From NCBI GenBank assembly GCA_034521595.1, contig JAXHMG010000003.1, positions 2,784,001 through 2,848,000 of the forward strand: DNA of 64,000 nt, in the 5' to 3' direction. Below the pieces are notes generated by a model. The model searched no databases, was not told the origin of the DNA, and was given only the letters and a program-made list of their open reading frames with translations. Positions 21,333 through 31,283 of the stretch are shown piece by piece (the stretch's first letter is position 1; each line of letters starts with the position of its first letter). This DNA comes from Gemmatimonadota bacterium (lineage in GTDB: Bacteria > Gemmatimonadota > Gemmatimonadetes > Longimicrobiales > Gaopeijiaceae). A program made the translations under genes and the position numbers.

Positions 21333-21773
21333 CTACTGGAGCGTAAACGGATCCGACAGCCGCATCGCTTCCGGGAGCTCGCCGCCCACGTCCGTTAACG
21401 TGAACCAGGCCCGGTAGGTGCCGGGCTCGACGCCGCGGATGCTCAGCTCCCACTCGAGCGCGTCTCCCGGCGGGATCGGGGTCGGGGGGATCAGGACGGC
21501 CGCGCAAATCACGTGCTCCGGTGGCTGCAGGACGCCGTCCACGACGGGTCGCAGGCGCTTCATGCAGTCATGGTGGACCATCACGTCAGCGGACCCTTCG
21601 TTTCGGATCACGGCCGTGATGTGCTCCTCCTCGACCGTCGGGTCGACCTCGATGCGGACGTCCCGCTCGAGGCGGGTGCCGAGAAGATCCCCGCACCCGC
21701 CCAGGGCGAGGGCGCCGAGCACGAGCACCGTGCCGACCGCGGCTCGAGTCCCGACCTTCGGTGGCTTGGGCAT
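21333..21773 (-). CDS. Hypothetical lipoprotein
   Basis: MPKPPK...LALGGC lipobox and an Ig-like C-terminus (PGTYR). Confidence 0.6.
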   Translation of the reverse strand: MPKPPKVGTRAAVGTVLVLGALALGGCGDLLGTRLERDVRIEVDPTVEEEHITAVIRNEGSADVMVHHDCMKRLRPVVDGVLQPPEHVICAAVLIPPTPIPPGDALEWELSIRGVEPGTYRAWFTLTDVGGELPEAMRLSDPFTLQ

Positions 21774-21943
21774 GTCCGAATCCGTTCGAGGGGAGCCTTC
21801 CACGGCGAGGGTATGTGGTGGAAACGAGCGAGGGGCGCGTGGCGTGACGGGAGACCTCGCCTGCGCAGACCTCCTGTAAGAAACCCCGGACACACGACAC
21901 CAACCGTCACGGAATCCATCATCACGGAGTTCGTGGCGAAACG

Positions 21944-22474
21944 ATGAGTGTGGAGCGCGAAACGACCATGAGCGATCGGCGGAACGCCTTCCTTCACATG
22001 GTCCGGGAGAACACTGCCCGGCTGCGGCGGATCTGTCGCGCCTACGCGGAGGACCGCGAGGACGAGCAGGATCTCTTCCAGGAAATCCTGTTCCAGGCGT
22101 GGCGATCGCTCCCTTCGTTCGAGGGCGAGGCACGTCCCGGGACCTGGCTGTACCGAGTGGCTCTGAACACCGCCCTCGGCCGAAAGAGGAAGCGGGACGT
22201 GCGGAGCCGAGCTCACCTGAGCGAGGACGACCCGGTAATGGGCTCCCGGCCTCCCCGGCCCGATCGGGAGCTGTCCCAAAAGCGCCGGGTGGAACGGTTG
22301 TACGCCGCCATCGACCGGCTGAGTGAGATGGATCGCGCGCTCGTCCTCATGTACCTGGACGAGCACAGCTACGCGGAGATGGGGGACGTGCTCGGACTCA
22401 GCGAGAGCCACGTGGGCGTGAAGCTCCATCGCATCAGGAAGAAGCTATCGGAATGGCTGGAGGACGAATCATGA
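21944..22474 (+). CDS. ECF RNA polymerase sigma factor
   Basis: DLFQEI, TWLYRVALNT and SYAEMGDVLGLSESHVGVKLHR. Confidence 0.92.
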   Translation: MSVERETTMSDRRNAFLHMVRENTARLRRICRAYAEDREDEQDLFQEILFQAWRSLPSFEGEARPGTWLYRVALNTALGRKRKRDVRSRAHLSEDDPVMGSRPPRPDRELSQKRRVERLYAAIDRLSEMDRALVLMYLDEHSYAEMGDVLGLSESHVGVKLHRIRKKLSEWLEDES

Positions 22475-23058
22475 CGTTGGATGCATATCGAGACGATTGG
22501 AACGAGCTGGACCCGGATCACGAGGCACTGGACGAGGAGCGCCTCCTCGAGCGGGTTCGCGAGGAGTCGGACGCGTTCGAAAGGAAGATCCGACGACGGG
22601 ACCTGCTCGAGACCCTGGCGGCCGCATTCGTGGTGCTCGCGTTCGGCTACGAGGCGGCGACCTCCACGACGTGGCTTGCCCGGCTCGGGGCCCTGATCGT
22701 CATCGGCAGCTCCGTCTTCGTCGTCTGGTGGCTGCGCCGGGCCCGCAAGGCCGGCCCGGCCCGTTCCATGGACCTGACGGTGGGCGACCGGCTGCGGGCC
22801 GAGCGGGAGCGGGTCGATATCCAGATCCACCTACTGGAGAACGTCCTGTGGTGGTACGTCGGTCCGCTCGCCGTGGGCACGGTTCTGTTCACCCTGGGGC
22901 TCGAGGCGGGGACAGCCGCCACCGCGGTCACCCTTTCCGTCATCGCCGCTGGATGCGCCTTCGTCTGGCGGCTCAACATGCGGGCCGTGCGGCGTGCGCT
23001 CCGTCCGCGACGCAACGAGCTCACACGACTCCTTCGAGATCTGCAAGAGGAGGCATAG
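22471..23058 (+). CDS. Membrane protein, probable anti-sigma partner
   Basis: Overlaps the sigma stop codon, has about 4 TM helices and a WWYVGP motif. Confidence 0.6.
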   Translation: MTLDAYRDDWNELDPDHEALDEERLLERVREESDAFERKIRRRDLLETLAAAFVVLAFGYEAATSTTWLARLGALIVIGSSVFVVWWLRRARKAGPARSMDLTVGDRLRAERERVDIQIHLLENVLWWYVGPLAVGTVLFTLGLEAGTAATAVTLSVIAAGCAFVWRLNMRAVRRALRPRRNELTRLLRDLQEEA

Positions 23059-23062
23059 ATCC

Positions 23063-24100
23063 ATGAAGCGCACGATCATCGCTCTGTCGCTCGTGAGCAC
23101 CGCATTCGCCCTTTCGGCGGCTCCCGCGGCTACCCAAGAAAGCGGGGACGTCCGGAACGACAGAATGATTCTGGAGCGGGGCCGGCTGCTGACGGGCTGG
23201 CTCTTCGACAGCAGGGCCGACTCGATATCGGAACGGATGGCCGAGCGATACCGTTCCGCGCTCGGCGGTGCCGAGGGCGTGGCACGGTCGGTCCGGAGCA
23301 TCAGCGGGCAGCTCGGCCAGGAGGAGGACGTGGAGCAGGAGGCTGCGTTCACCCGTACGTCCGACGATCACTACTACCGGATCGCGCGGTACGCCGGTGC
23401 TCCCGCAACGACCATCACGGTCCACTGGGCCTGGAACGAGGCCGGTGAGATTACGTACCTGCGCGTCCAACCCACGCCGGAGCCGGCCGTCACCGGCCAC
23501 GAGGACTACCGGACGAAGGCCGAGCTCACCCTTCCGTTCGAGGGTGCGTGGTACGTCTTCTGGGGTGGCCGAGAGCCCCACCTCAACCACCATGTGAGGG
23601 CACCCGCGCAGCGCTTCGCCTACGATTTCCTGGTGCTCGAGAACGGAAGGTCGCACACGGGAACCGGTGGGTCGAACGAGGACTATCACTGCTTCGGACG
23701 GCCGATCCTGGCACCGGCCGCCGGGCGGGTGACCGACGTCGTGGATACGGTCCCGGACAATTCCCCCGGAGAGATGAACGAGGAGGCGCCCGCGGGAAAT
23801 CACGTCGTCCTCGACCACGGAGGCGGCGAGCACTCGGTGCTAGCCCACCTTCGCCGGAACTCGGTGATCGTGGAGGAGGGGGACCGCGTCGAGGCAGGCC
23901 GCCGGTTGGGCGCCTGCGGAAACAGTGGCCGCAGCTCCGAGCCCCACCTGCACTATCACCTCCAGACGGAGCCCGAATTCGGCGAGGGCGTGGGCCTTCC
24001 GGCTTCGTTCCACGACTACATTGCCGACGGCGAGCTTATGGAGCGGGGGGAGCCGATGCGGGATCAGGTCATCCGGCCGGCGCCGGAGGACGGGGGCTAG
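23063..24100 (+). CDS. Secreted M23 family metallopeptidase
   Basis: Signal peptide, NHH...RFAYDF, GNHVVLDH, LAHL and GNSGRSSEPHLHY. Confidence 0.88.
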   Translation: MKRTIIALSLVSTAFALSAAPAATQESGDVRNDRMILERGRLLTGWLFDSRADSISERMAERYRSALGGAEGVARSVRSISGQLGQEEDVEQEAAFTRTSDDHYYRIARYAGAPATTITVHWAWNEAGEITYLRVQPTPEPAVTGHEDYRTKAELTLPFEGAWYVFWGGREPHLNHHVRAPAQRFAYDFLVLENGRSHTGTGGSNEDYHCFGRPILAPAAGRVTDVVDTVPDNSPGEMNEEAPAGNHVVLDHGGGEHSVLAHLRRNSVIVEEGDRVEAGRRLGACGNSGRSSEPHLHYHLQTEPEFGEGVGLPASFHDYIADGELMERGEPMRDQVIRPAPEDGG

Positions 24101-24131
24101 CCGCCCGCGCAGCGCACCTCTTCTACCCCCC

Positions 24132-26807
24132 TTACCCACCCCGCATCGACTCGATCGGGTCGACCCGCGAGGCCCGGCGGGCCGGCACGTAGCTCGCCGT
24201 GAGTCCGATGGCGGCCATGGCGAGGGCGGTGCCGGCGAACGTCCACGGGTCCCACTGGGTGATCCCGTAGAGCATGCTGGACAGCGCCCGGACGGCGAGC
24301 AGCGCAACGGCCAGACCCAGGACGATCCCGAGCGCGACCACCCGTGCGCCCTGACCCACGACCATGCGCCGCACGCGTCCGGCCTCGGCGCCGAGCGCCA
24401 TCCGCACGCCGATCTCCCGGGTGCGTTGGGTGACGACGTAGGAGAGCACGCCGTACAGGCCGATCACGCCGAGCGTCAGGGCCAACCCGGCGGCCACGGC
24501 CAGGATCAGCATCGTGAACGAGAGGTCGATCATGGAGCGATCCACGAGCCCCCGCATCGTGTACACGCGGTACATGGGTGCGCTGGGCGCCACTTCCCGC
24601 ACCGCCTCCCGGATGGCCGGAGCCAGGGACTCGGCCCCGGGGCCCCGCACCACGTAGCCGGGCGACGTCAGGGCCCAGGACCTCGGGGTGGGACCGATCA
24701 GCGGGAAGTAGACCGTGGGCTCGGCCTCGCGGCGGAAGTCGTACTGGTGCACGTCGTCCACGACGCCGACCACCGTGTGCCACTCCTCGAGCTCGGTGGT
24801 CCGGATGCGGCGACCGACCGGGTCTTCGTCCGGCCAGAGCAGGTCCGCGGCGCCGCGGCTGACGACCACGTTTCCCGGCAGGACCGCGTCGTCGTCCACG
24901 AACCCGCGGCCCTGCAGCACCTCGATGCCCATCGCCCGAAAGTAGTCGCCGCCCGCGAAGGTGTAGCCGATTCGGGGCGCGGCATCCCCTTCGTCCGGTC
25001 CCGAGCGCTCCGTGACGATCCGGGTGCTCGCCACCCCTTCGTCGAGGGGAACGTTCTCCACGATGCCCACCTGCTCCACGCCGGGCATGGCACGGAGGCG
25101 GTCCATGAAGTCGAGGTGGAAGCGGGCCCACGTCGGTCCGTCGACCAGGTGCTCCTCGTCGGGCGCGAACTGGAAGGTCAGGATCTCCTCGGTGTCATAG
25201 CCGGGATCTACGGAATGAAGCTGTTGGAAGCTTCTGAGCAGAAGGCCGGAGCCGACGAGCAACACCAGGGCGAGCGCGGTCTGCGCGACCACCAGCCCGT
25301 CCCGCCCCCACCAGCGCCGGCGGGTCGACCCGCGCGCCCCGTCCTTGAGGCGATCGAGATCGGGCGCGGACGAGCGGACGGCCGGCCCCAGGCCGCACGC
25401 CAACGCCGCGAAGGCCGACGCACCCAGAACGAAGAGCACGGTCGTCGGAGAGAGCCCGACGTCGGCGACGCGCGGCAACCCGTCCGGTGCCACGCTCCGG
25501 AAGGCCGGCAGCCCGAGCCGTGCCAGGGCGAGCGCGCCGGCGCCGGCCAACCCGGCCACCACGGCCGCTTCGGCGAGCTGCGAGCGGATCAGGTCGCCGC
25601 GGCCCGCCCCGATCGCGCGACGCACCGCCAGGTCTCGCCCCCGCGTCTCGGCACGGACGGTGAACAGACCGGCCACGTTCGCGCAGGCGATGAGGAGCAC
25701 GACCGTGACGCTGGCCATGAGGATCCAGAGCGGGCCCGTCACGTCGCCGAGCAGGCGGTCGCGCAAGGAGCGCACGACGGGCCGGTGCCGCTCGATGATC
25801 CGGGTATAGCTCGGAGGCCCGCCCCAGAGCTCCGGCAGCCGGTCCGCCAGCGCGTCGAGCTCCCGGGTCAGCGAGGCGTGGTCGGCGCCGTCGGTGAGCC
25901 GTCCCACGAGATTGAAATCGCCGAAGCGACCCGGTGCGGGCACGTCCGCGGCCGCGTGCTCGTCCGGGATCCACGCCGCGACGCCATCCACCGGGAAGCG
26001 GAAATCGGGCCCCATGACCCCGATGATCTCCTTCGGGCCGTTGACGAAGTAGTGGCTCCGGCCGATCACCGCCGGGTCGGCCCCGAACCACGTGGTCCAG
26101 AGCTCGTGGCTGAGCAGCGCGACGGTGCCGTCCTCGCCCTCCACGGGGAGGCGGCCCAGGATGGGCTCGACCCCCAGCGTGCTGAAGAGCGAACGCGACG
26201 GCATCGACTGGCGCAGACGCTCGACCCGGTCGCCTGCCCTCAGCGTCGCGGTGAACGAGTTGAACGTCGCGAGGTCCTCGAGCTGCGTCGCCTGATCGCG
26301 GTAGTGCAGGAAGAACTCGAGCGGCACCCCGAACTCGTCCGGCAGATCCGAGCCCGGAGCCGAGGCCGCGATGTGCACGAGCCGGTCGGAGTCTTCGTAC
26401 GGAAGCGGACGGAGGAGCACCGCGTCCACCACGCCGAAGAGGGCCGCGTTGGCTCCGAGCGCGAGCGCCAGGGTCGCAACGGCCGCGAAGGCGAATCCCG
26501 GTGATTTCCGGAGCGAGCGCCCGGCTTGTCGCAGATCTCCGATCCATTGTCCCATCATCGTCCCCACCCCCATCTCGTCGTCGGATGTCACGTTCCCTTC
26601 ACGCCGCCACACCGGTCGCCACCGCTCGGCGAGGCCGGACCACACCAGATCGATGCACGTCGCCAGCGCGCACCATGCTCCCGCCACCGGCCCCCGCTCG
26701 AACGCCCGCGCGACGTCGTCCTCGGCCTGCCCGACGAGCTCCGGGCCGAACCGGGTCCGAAACGAGCGCGGGTAGGTCCGAAGCAGGAACCGGAGCAGGA
26801 GCGTCAC
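24132..26807 (-). CDS. Duplicated orphan ABC permease (ADOP, MacB/FtsX-like)
   Basis: DLRQAGRSLRKSPGF, LLRPLPY, LLIACANVA and RTREIGVRMALGA. Confidence 0.9.
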   Translation of the reverse strand: MTLLLRFLLRTYPRSFRTRFGPELVGQAEDDVARAFERGPVAGAWCALATCIDLVWSGLAERWRPVWRREGNVTSDDEMGVGTMMGQWIGDLRQAGRSLRKSPGFAFAAVATLALALGANAALFGVVDAVLLRPLPYEDSDRLVHIAASAPGSDLPDEFGVPLEFFLHYRDQATQLEDLATFNSFTATLRAGDRVERLRQSMPSRSLFSTLGVEPILGRLPVEGEDGTVALLSHELWTTWFGADPAVIGRSHYFVNGPKEIIGVMGPDFRFPVDGVAAWIPDEHAAADVPAPGRFGDFNLVGRLTDGADHASLTRELDALADRLPELWGGPPSYTRIIERHRPVVRSLRDRLLGDVTGPLWILMASVTVVLLIACANVAGLFTVRAETRGRDLAVRRAIGAGRGDLIRSQLAEAAVVAGLAGAGALALARLGLPAFRSVAPDGLPRVADVGLSPTTVLFVLGASAFAALACGLGPAVRSSAPDLDRLKDGARGSTRRRWWGRDGLVVAQTALALVLLVGSGLLLRSFQQLHSVDPGYDTEEILTFQFAPDEEHLVDGPTWARFHLDFMDRLRAMPGVEQVGIVENVPLDEGVASTRIVTERSGPDEGDAAPRIGYTFAGGDYFRAMGIEVLQGRGFVDDDAVLPGNVVVSRGAADLLWPDEDPVGRRIRTTELEEWHTVVGVVDDVHQYDFRREAEPTVYFPLIGPTPRSWALTSPGYVVRGPGAESLAPAIREAVREVAPSAPMYRVYTMRGLVDRSMIDLSFTMLILAVAAGLALTLGVIGLYGVLSYVVTQRTREIGVRMALGAEAGRVRRMVVGQGARVVALGIVLGLAVALLAVRALSSMLYGITQWDPWTFAGTALAMAAIGLTASYVPARRASRVDPIESMRGG

Positions 26808-27148
26808 GACCCCGCGCCCAACCGCTCGAGCGCCAGGGCCGCGGCTCCTTCGAGGCGGCGTGCCTCGTCGGCCAGAACCTTCCGGCCCTCCTCCGTCAGC
26901 GCGTAATACCGTCGCGTCCGGCCCGGATGGGGGCCGTGCTCGTCCGGCTCCCCGGTCTCGGCCACGAACCCCGTGGAAGTCAGGCGGGCGATGACCCGGT
27001 AGAGCGAGCCCGCCCGCGGCGAGAGCGCACCCTCGGATTCACGCTCCACCGCATCGCGAACCGCGTAGCCGTGCATCGGCCCCTCGGCGATGGCGAGGAG
27101 CACGTGATAGTCCAGCGGGCTGAGGCCGCCGTCGGAGGTCGGTGTCAT
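26804..27148 (-). CDS. PadR family transcriptional regulator
   Basis: MHGYAV, GSLYRVIARL and RRYYALTEEG; overlaps the permease start. Confidence 0.9.
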   Translation of the reverse strand: MTPTSDGGLSPLDYHVLLAIAEGPMHGYAVRDAVERESEGALSPRAGSLYRVIARLTSTGFVAETGEPDEHGPHPGRTRRYYALTEEGRKVLADEARRLEGAAALALERLGAGS

Positions 27149-27200
27149 GGCACGCTCGGTTCCGGCCTGCGCTCGGCGGGCCAAGGACAGCATCGTTCAC

Positions 27201-27219
27201 ATATACGCTAAATGTATAT
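27201..27219. promoter_or_regulatory. Candidate PadR operator
   Basis: ATATAC-N7-GTATAT inverted repeat in an AT-rich patch upstream of padR. Confidence 0.45.
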
Positions 27220-27258
27220 ATATACCCAGCATATTCGTGTGCGTGGCGGACGTCAAGC

Positions 27259-28479
27259 TCAGCGGGGCAGCCGCACCCCGACCACCGACTGGACGTCGAG
27301 CGAGTCCGCTTGAACGGCCAGCAGCCATCCGTCGCGCACGACCGGCGGAACGCCTTCGAAGGCGGCATAGCCGGCGCGGTACTGGCCGAGGAAGCGCCCG
27401 TCCGGAGCGAACACTTCGAACACGGGGCCCGGCTCGCCCTTCCGTTGCACCCAGACGTTCCCCTGCTCGTCCACCGTCAGGTGCTCGAGCACCGGAGCGC
27501 GGTCGGGGAGCACCTCGTCCCAGTCGACCGAGATGCGACCGGCGCGCTCCATGAACTCCTCGACGCGCCCGATGGCTTCACGGCGTTCGTCCTCCCCGAT
27601 CGGGGGCGGCTCCGCCGCGATGTCGACGACCACCGTCGTGTCTCCGTCGGGCGTGAGGCGCACCAAACGGTAGGCGTCCGAAACGGCCGTCCAAATCGAC
27701 CCTCGAGGATCGACGGTCTGGAGGCGCTCCGGGCTGAACGGCACGTTCGCGGTGCCTCGCTCGAATCGCAGGCCGCGGACCGGCTCGGGTCCCACCAGGA
27801 CGGAGTCGACCGTGCCCGTGCTCGGCTCCATGCGCTTGTAGTACGACCGGAGAGTGCCCGTGACCAGGCCCGGCTCCTGCGCACCGGCCGGCCCGAAACT
27901 GTCGTCGGCGTGCCTCCACTGCACCCAGATCCGTCCGTCATCCGTGACCCGGCCGTCCCAGAGATAGCTGTACCCGTTCACGAACGACGGATGCGTCTCG
28001 AAACCCCCGTCCGGCAGCCAGCGCGTGAGCGCGTTCCGGCCGTGATCGTTGAGCCAGATCGCGCCTTCCGCATCGACGTGCACGCCGTTCGCGCTCGCGA
28101 TCTCGCGCGGGCCCTCCCCACTCGTGCCGACGACCTCGATCAAGGCGCCCGTCGTGTCGAACCGGTAGAGCTCGGAAGCCTGATGATCGAGCACCAGCAC
28201 GGTCTCGTCCGGCTCGAGGGCGATGCCCCGGACGTCCCCGAACACGACGTCCGACCCGGTGCCGACCTCGAAGGCGACATCGAGCTCGTGCGTGGGCTCG
28301 GTGGGAATCGCGCCGTACCGGGCGTGGACGACGCCGGACTCCGTCGTGTCGAACGTCACCTCGGGCACGGCGGCGGGGCGTTCGGTCGCGGGCTCACAGC
28401 CCATCACGCCGAGCGCGGCGAAAACGCCCGCGAGCACCGCAATGCCCGAATCACGCATCCGAAAAGTCCTTCGAGCCAT
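27259..28479 (-). CDS. Six-bladed beta-propeller (NHL-like) lipoprotein
   Basis: GVMGC lipobox, GTSGEGPREI and VDEQGNVWV; GGAGG RBS before the ATG. Confidence 0.75.
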   Translation of the reverse strand: MARRTFRMRDSGIAVLAGVFAALGVMGCEPATERPAAVPEVTFDTTESGVVHARYGAIPTEPTHELDVAFEVGTGSDVVFGDVRGIALEPDETVLVLDHQASELYRFDTTGALIEVVGTSGEGPREIASANGVHVDAEGAIWLNDHGRNALTRWLPDGGFETHPSFVNGYSYLWDGRVTDDGRIWVQWRHADDSFGPAGAQEPGLVTGTLRSYYKRMEPSTGTVDSVLVGPEPVRGLRFERGTANVPFSPERLQTVDPRGSIWTAVSDAYRLVRLTPDGDTTVVVDIAAEPPPIGEDERREAIGRVEEFMERAGRISVDWDEVLPDRAPVLEHLTVDEQGNVWVQRKGEPGPVFEVFAPDGRFLGQYRAGYAAFEGVPPVVRDGWLLAVQADSLDVQSVVGVRLPR

Positions 28480-28508
28480 GTGGCCTCCAGGGAAAAAGGG
28501 GCATGATA

Positions 28509-28536
28509 TGAGTATGATATGAGTATCTTTTGAGTA
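28509..28536. promoter_or_regulatory. Triple TGAGTA direct repeat with 11-bp period (copy 2)
   Basis: TGAGTA at 28509, 28520 and 28531, between divergent genes. Confidence 0.55.
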
Positions 28537-28624
28537 TTGATCGGCGGGTGCCCCGATCGTGGTCGGAAGATACGTTGCCCAACCGAGCGACGCTTCAGCG
28601 GTCCCACCCCAACCACCCGGGATC

Positions 28625-30235
28625 ATGCCCCACACCCGTTTCCACCCCATCCTCGCCCTCGTCCTCTTCACGCTCGCCGCCTGCGCGCCGTCCGGTGACG
28701 AAGCGGCGGACGACGGTCCGTGGGACGTCCTCGTCACCGGTGGAACGGTGGTCGACGGCACGGGCGAACCCGGGGTCGTGGCAGATGTGGCGGTTCGCGG
28801 CGACCGGATCGTGCGCGTCTCCGTGTCTCCGCTCCCCCACGAGCCCGCTGCCCGGGTGATCGACGCGAGCGGGCTGGTGGTCGCCCCGGGCTTCATTGAC
28901 GTGCACGCTCACCTCGACCCGCTGCTCGACCTGCCGGAGGCGGAGAGCCACGTGCGCCAGGGGGTCACGACCGCGCTCGGCGGACCGGACGGGGGCGGGC
29001 CCTGGCCGCTCGGCGAGCACCTCGACTCGGCCGCCGCGCTCGGTGTGGGCATGAACGTGGCGCTCCTCACCGGACACAACACCATCCGGCGCCGTGTCAT
29101 GGGCTCGGACGCGCGGGCCCCGACGGACCAGGAGCTCGAGGAGATGCGCCAGATGGTAGCGCGCGCGATGGGCGAGGGCGCGTTCGGGCTCTCGACGGGG
29201 CTCCGGTACGTGCCCGGCACCTACTCCGAGGTCGACGAGGTGGTGGCGCTCGCTCGGGTCGCCGCGGACTCGGGCGGGATCTATACCTCGCACCTGCGGG
29301 AAGAAGGGCTCGAGCTCATCGAAGGGGTGGCCGAGCTCATCGAGATCGGGCGGCGCGCCAGCATCACGGCCGTCCTCACGCACCACAAGGTGGTCGGCTA
29401 CCCCATGTGGGGCTCGAGCGAGCGGACCCTCGCCATGGTGGATTCGGCGCGGGAAGCGGGCATCGACGTGCGCATCGACCAGTACCCGTACACGGCTACG
29501 TACACGGGCATCAGCATCCTGCTACCGCCCTGGTCGCTCGCCGGCGGAGACTCGGCGTTCGCCCGGCGGATCGAGGATCCGGTGCTCCGAGACAGCATCA
29601 AGGCGGGCACCGTCTTCAACATCGTCAACGACCGGGGCGGCAACGACCTGAGCCGCGTGCAGCTCGCGCGGGTCGAGTGGATGCCCGAGCTCGAGGGACG
29701 CACGCTGGAGGACTGGGCGGAGATGCGGGGCATGGCCCCCACGCCCGAGAACGGCGCCGAGCTCGTGATCGAGGCCATGGAGCGGGGCGGCGCGTCGGCC
29801 ATCTACCACGCGCTCGACGAAGGGGATGTGGAGCGGATCATGCGCCACCCCCAGACGATGATCGCCTCGGACGGACGCCTGACCGAGCCGGGGACCGGAC
29901 ACCCGCACCCGCGCTGGTACGGCACCTTCCCGCGCGTGCTCGGCCGCTACGTGCGTGAGGAGGGTGTGCTGACGTTGGAGGAAGCGGTCCGCAAGATGAC
30001 GTCGATGCCGGCCGACGTCATGGGCCTCCCCGACCGCGGGCGCGTGGCCGAGAGCATGCGGGCCGACCTCGTCGTCTTCGACCCCGAAGCCGTCATCGAC
30101 CGCGCCACCTTCCAGGATCCCCACCAGTATCCGGACGGAATCGACTTCGTGATGGTGAACGGGGTGGTGACGGTGGACGACGGGGTCTACCGGGACGTGC
30201 GGCCCGGTCGGGTGCTGCGGCGAGGTGGTGGGTAG
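28625..30235 (+). CDS. N-acyl-D-amino-acid deacylase (amidohydrolase), lipoprotein
   Basis: LAAC lipobox, APGFIDVHAH, STGLRYVPG, HPRWYGTFPR and ADLVVFDP. Confidence 0.9.
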   Translation: MPHTRFHPILALVLFTLAACAPSGDEAADDGPWDVLVTGGTVVDGTGEPGVVADVAVRGDRIVRVSVSPLPHEPAARVIDASGLVVAPGFIDVHAHLDPLLDLPEAESHVRQGVTTALGGPDGGGPWPLGEHLDSAAALGVGMNVALLTGHNTIRRRVMGSDARAPTDQELEEMRQMVARAMGEGAFGLSTGLRYVPGTYSEVDEVVALARVAADSGGIYTSHLREEGLELIEGVAELIEIGRRASITAVLTHHKVVGYPMWGSSERTLAMVDSAREAGIDVRIDQYPYTATYTGISILLPPWSLAGGDSAFARRIEDPVLRDSIKAGTVFNIVNDRGGNDLSRVQLARVEWMPELEGRTLEDWAEMRGMAPTPENGAELVIEAMERGGASAIYHALDEGDVERIMRHPQTMIASDGRLTEPGTGHPHPRWYGTFPRVLGRYVREEGVLTLEEAVRKMTSMPADVMGLPDRGRVAESMRADLVVFDPEAVIDRATFQDPHQYPDGIDFVMVNGVVTVDDGVYRDVRPGRVLRRGGG

Positions 30236-30284
30236 GGGGGTGCTCGGGAAACTCCAGGGTGTGGCACGGCGGGCGAGGGTCGTC

Positions 30285-30698
30285 CTACGCCCCCCTGGGC
30301 AACAGCCTCGGCCTTCCGACCAACTCCATCGCACCGAAGTCCCGCTCGTCCAGCGTCACGATGGCATGCGCGCCGAGTCGCTCGGCCACCGCGGCGACCA
30401 CGGCATCCACCAACCCGATATCGAGATCGACATACCGCGAGCAGAGCTCGTGGGCTCGATGCAGATCGTCCGGCGTGCCCCACTCGACGACAAAGAGCCC
30501 CTCGGCAAGATCCGTCCTCCAGGCGGAGCGAGCCGTCCGGCCGAGGTAGCGGCCGACCAGGTAGTCGACCTCCGGAAGGATCGCCCAGGGCAGGATCCAG
30601 TCCGCCCCGCCGTCGTCGTAGAGGTCACGGATGGCTCGGTGGTGACGGTCACTCCCGTCGATGAGCGCCACCAGAGCGCCCGTGTCGGCGACGATCAC
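30285..30698 (-). CDS. PIN-domain toxin (VapC family)
   Basis: MIVADTG, LPEV, GLVDA and TLDERDF acidic PIN residues. Confidence 0.88.
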   Translation of the reverse strand: MIVADTGALVALIDGSDRHHRAIRDLYDDGGADWILPWAILPEVDYLVGRYLGRTARSAWRTDLAEGLFVVEWGTPDDLHRAHELCSRYVDLDIGLVDAVVAAVAERLGAHAIVTLDERDFGAMELVGRPRLLPRGA

Positions 30699-30934
30699 CG
30701 GGTATCACGGCCCATGTCGTCGAGCCGATCCTCGGAGCGCTCTGCGAGGTCGCCGCTCCGGCTTCGCCCGGCCCCGATGCTCGATGGACGTCGCGCAGGG
30801 GGCCCCTTACGCGCGTACTCCGAAACCGCTTCCCGGACGAGCTCAGCCGCCGACCGGCCCTCGGTCTCGGCCTGAGCCTTCAGCCGGTGATAGTCGGACC
30901 GATCCAGGTAGACCGTCGTCTTGATCGTGGCCAT
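30695..30934 (-). CDS. Ribbon-helix-helix (CopG-like) antitoxin
   Basis: KTTVYL...RSAAELVREAV; overlaps the PIN gene. Confidence 0.85.
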   Translation of the reverse strand: MATIKTTVYLDRSDYHRLKAQAETEGRSAAELVREAVSEYARKGPPARRPSSIGAGRSRSGDLAERSEDRLDDMGRDTR

Positions 30935-30938
30935 AAGG

Positions 30939-30952
30939 TACCATATATGGTA
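30939..30952. promoter_or_regulatory. Perfect palindrome, candidate TA operator
   Basis: TACCATATATGGTA 4 bp upstream of the antitoxin ATG. Confidence 0.6.
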
Positions 30953-30995
30953 TATGGCATTCTATCAATTCGTGCTGGACTCGTCCGAAGCAGCA

Positions 30996-31159
30996 TCACC
31001 GAATGGCGCGCACGGCCGCCCCGGTAGCCAAGTCGACGAGCATCGCCGCCGTGAAGCTGAGGAGCGTACCGATGAGGAGGCAATACGCCAAGAAATACCG
31101 ACGCCCGTGCGGGTCGCCGTCCGATCGATCTGGAACACGAAGTCCGCCAACAGATGTCC
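30996..31159 (-). pseudogene. Internally deleted DUF3307-like remnant
   Basis: GHLLADFVFQ in one frame and YCLLIGTLLSFTAA...stop in another. Confidence 0.45.
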
Positions 31160-31211
31160 GGCGTGGCGCGCCATGCGGGTCGACCCGGGGATCACCCTCC
31201 GCGAGGACTGA
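31158..31211 (+). pseudogene. 3' tip of an ADOP/MacB-like permease
   Basis: PAWRAMRVDPGITLRED-stop resembles the PARRASRVDP terminus of the permease at 24132. Confidence 0.55.
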
Positions 31212-31283
31212 ATTCGACTAGGGTCGGTAGCGTCCGACCCTTCGGCTCGGTGAGCGTCGATGGCCCGTCGGACATGGGTCGTG

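Noticed and set aside
21820-21848. GGAAAC-N17-CGT as an ECF promoter
   Set aside because: Too short and degenerate to support.
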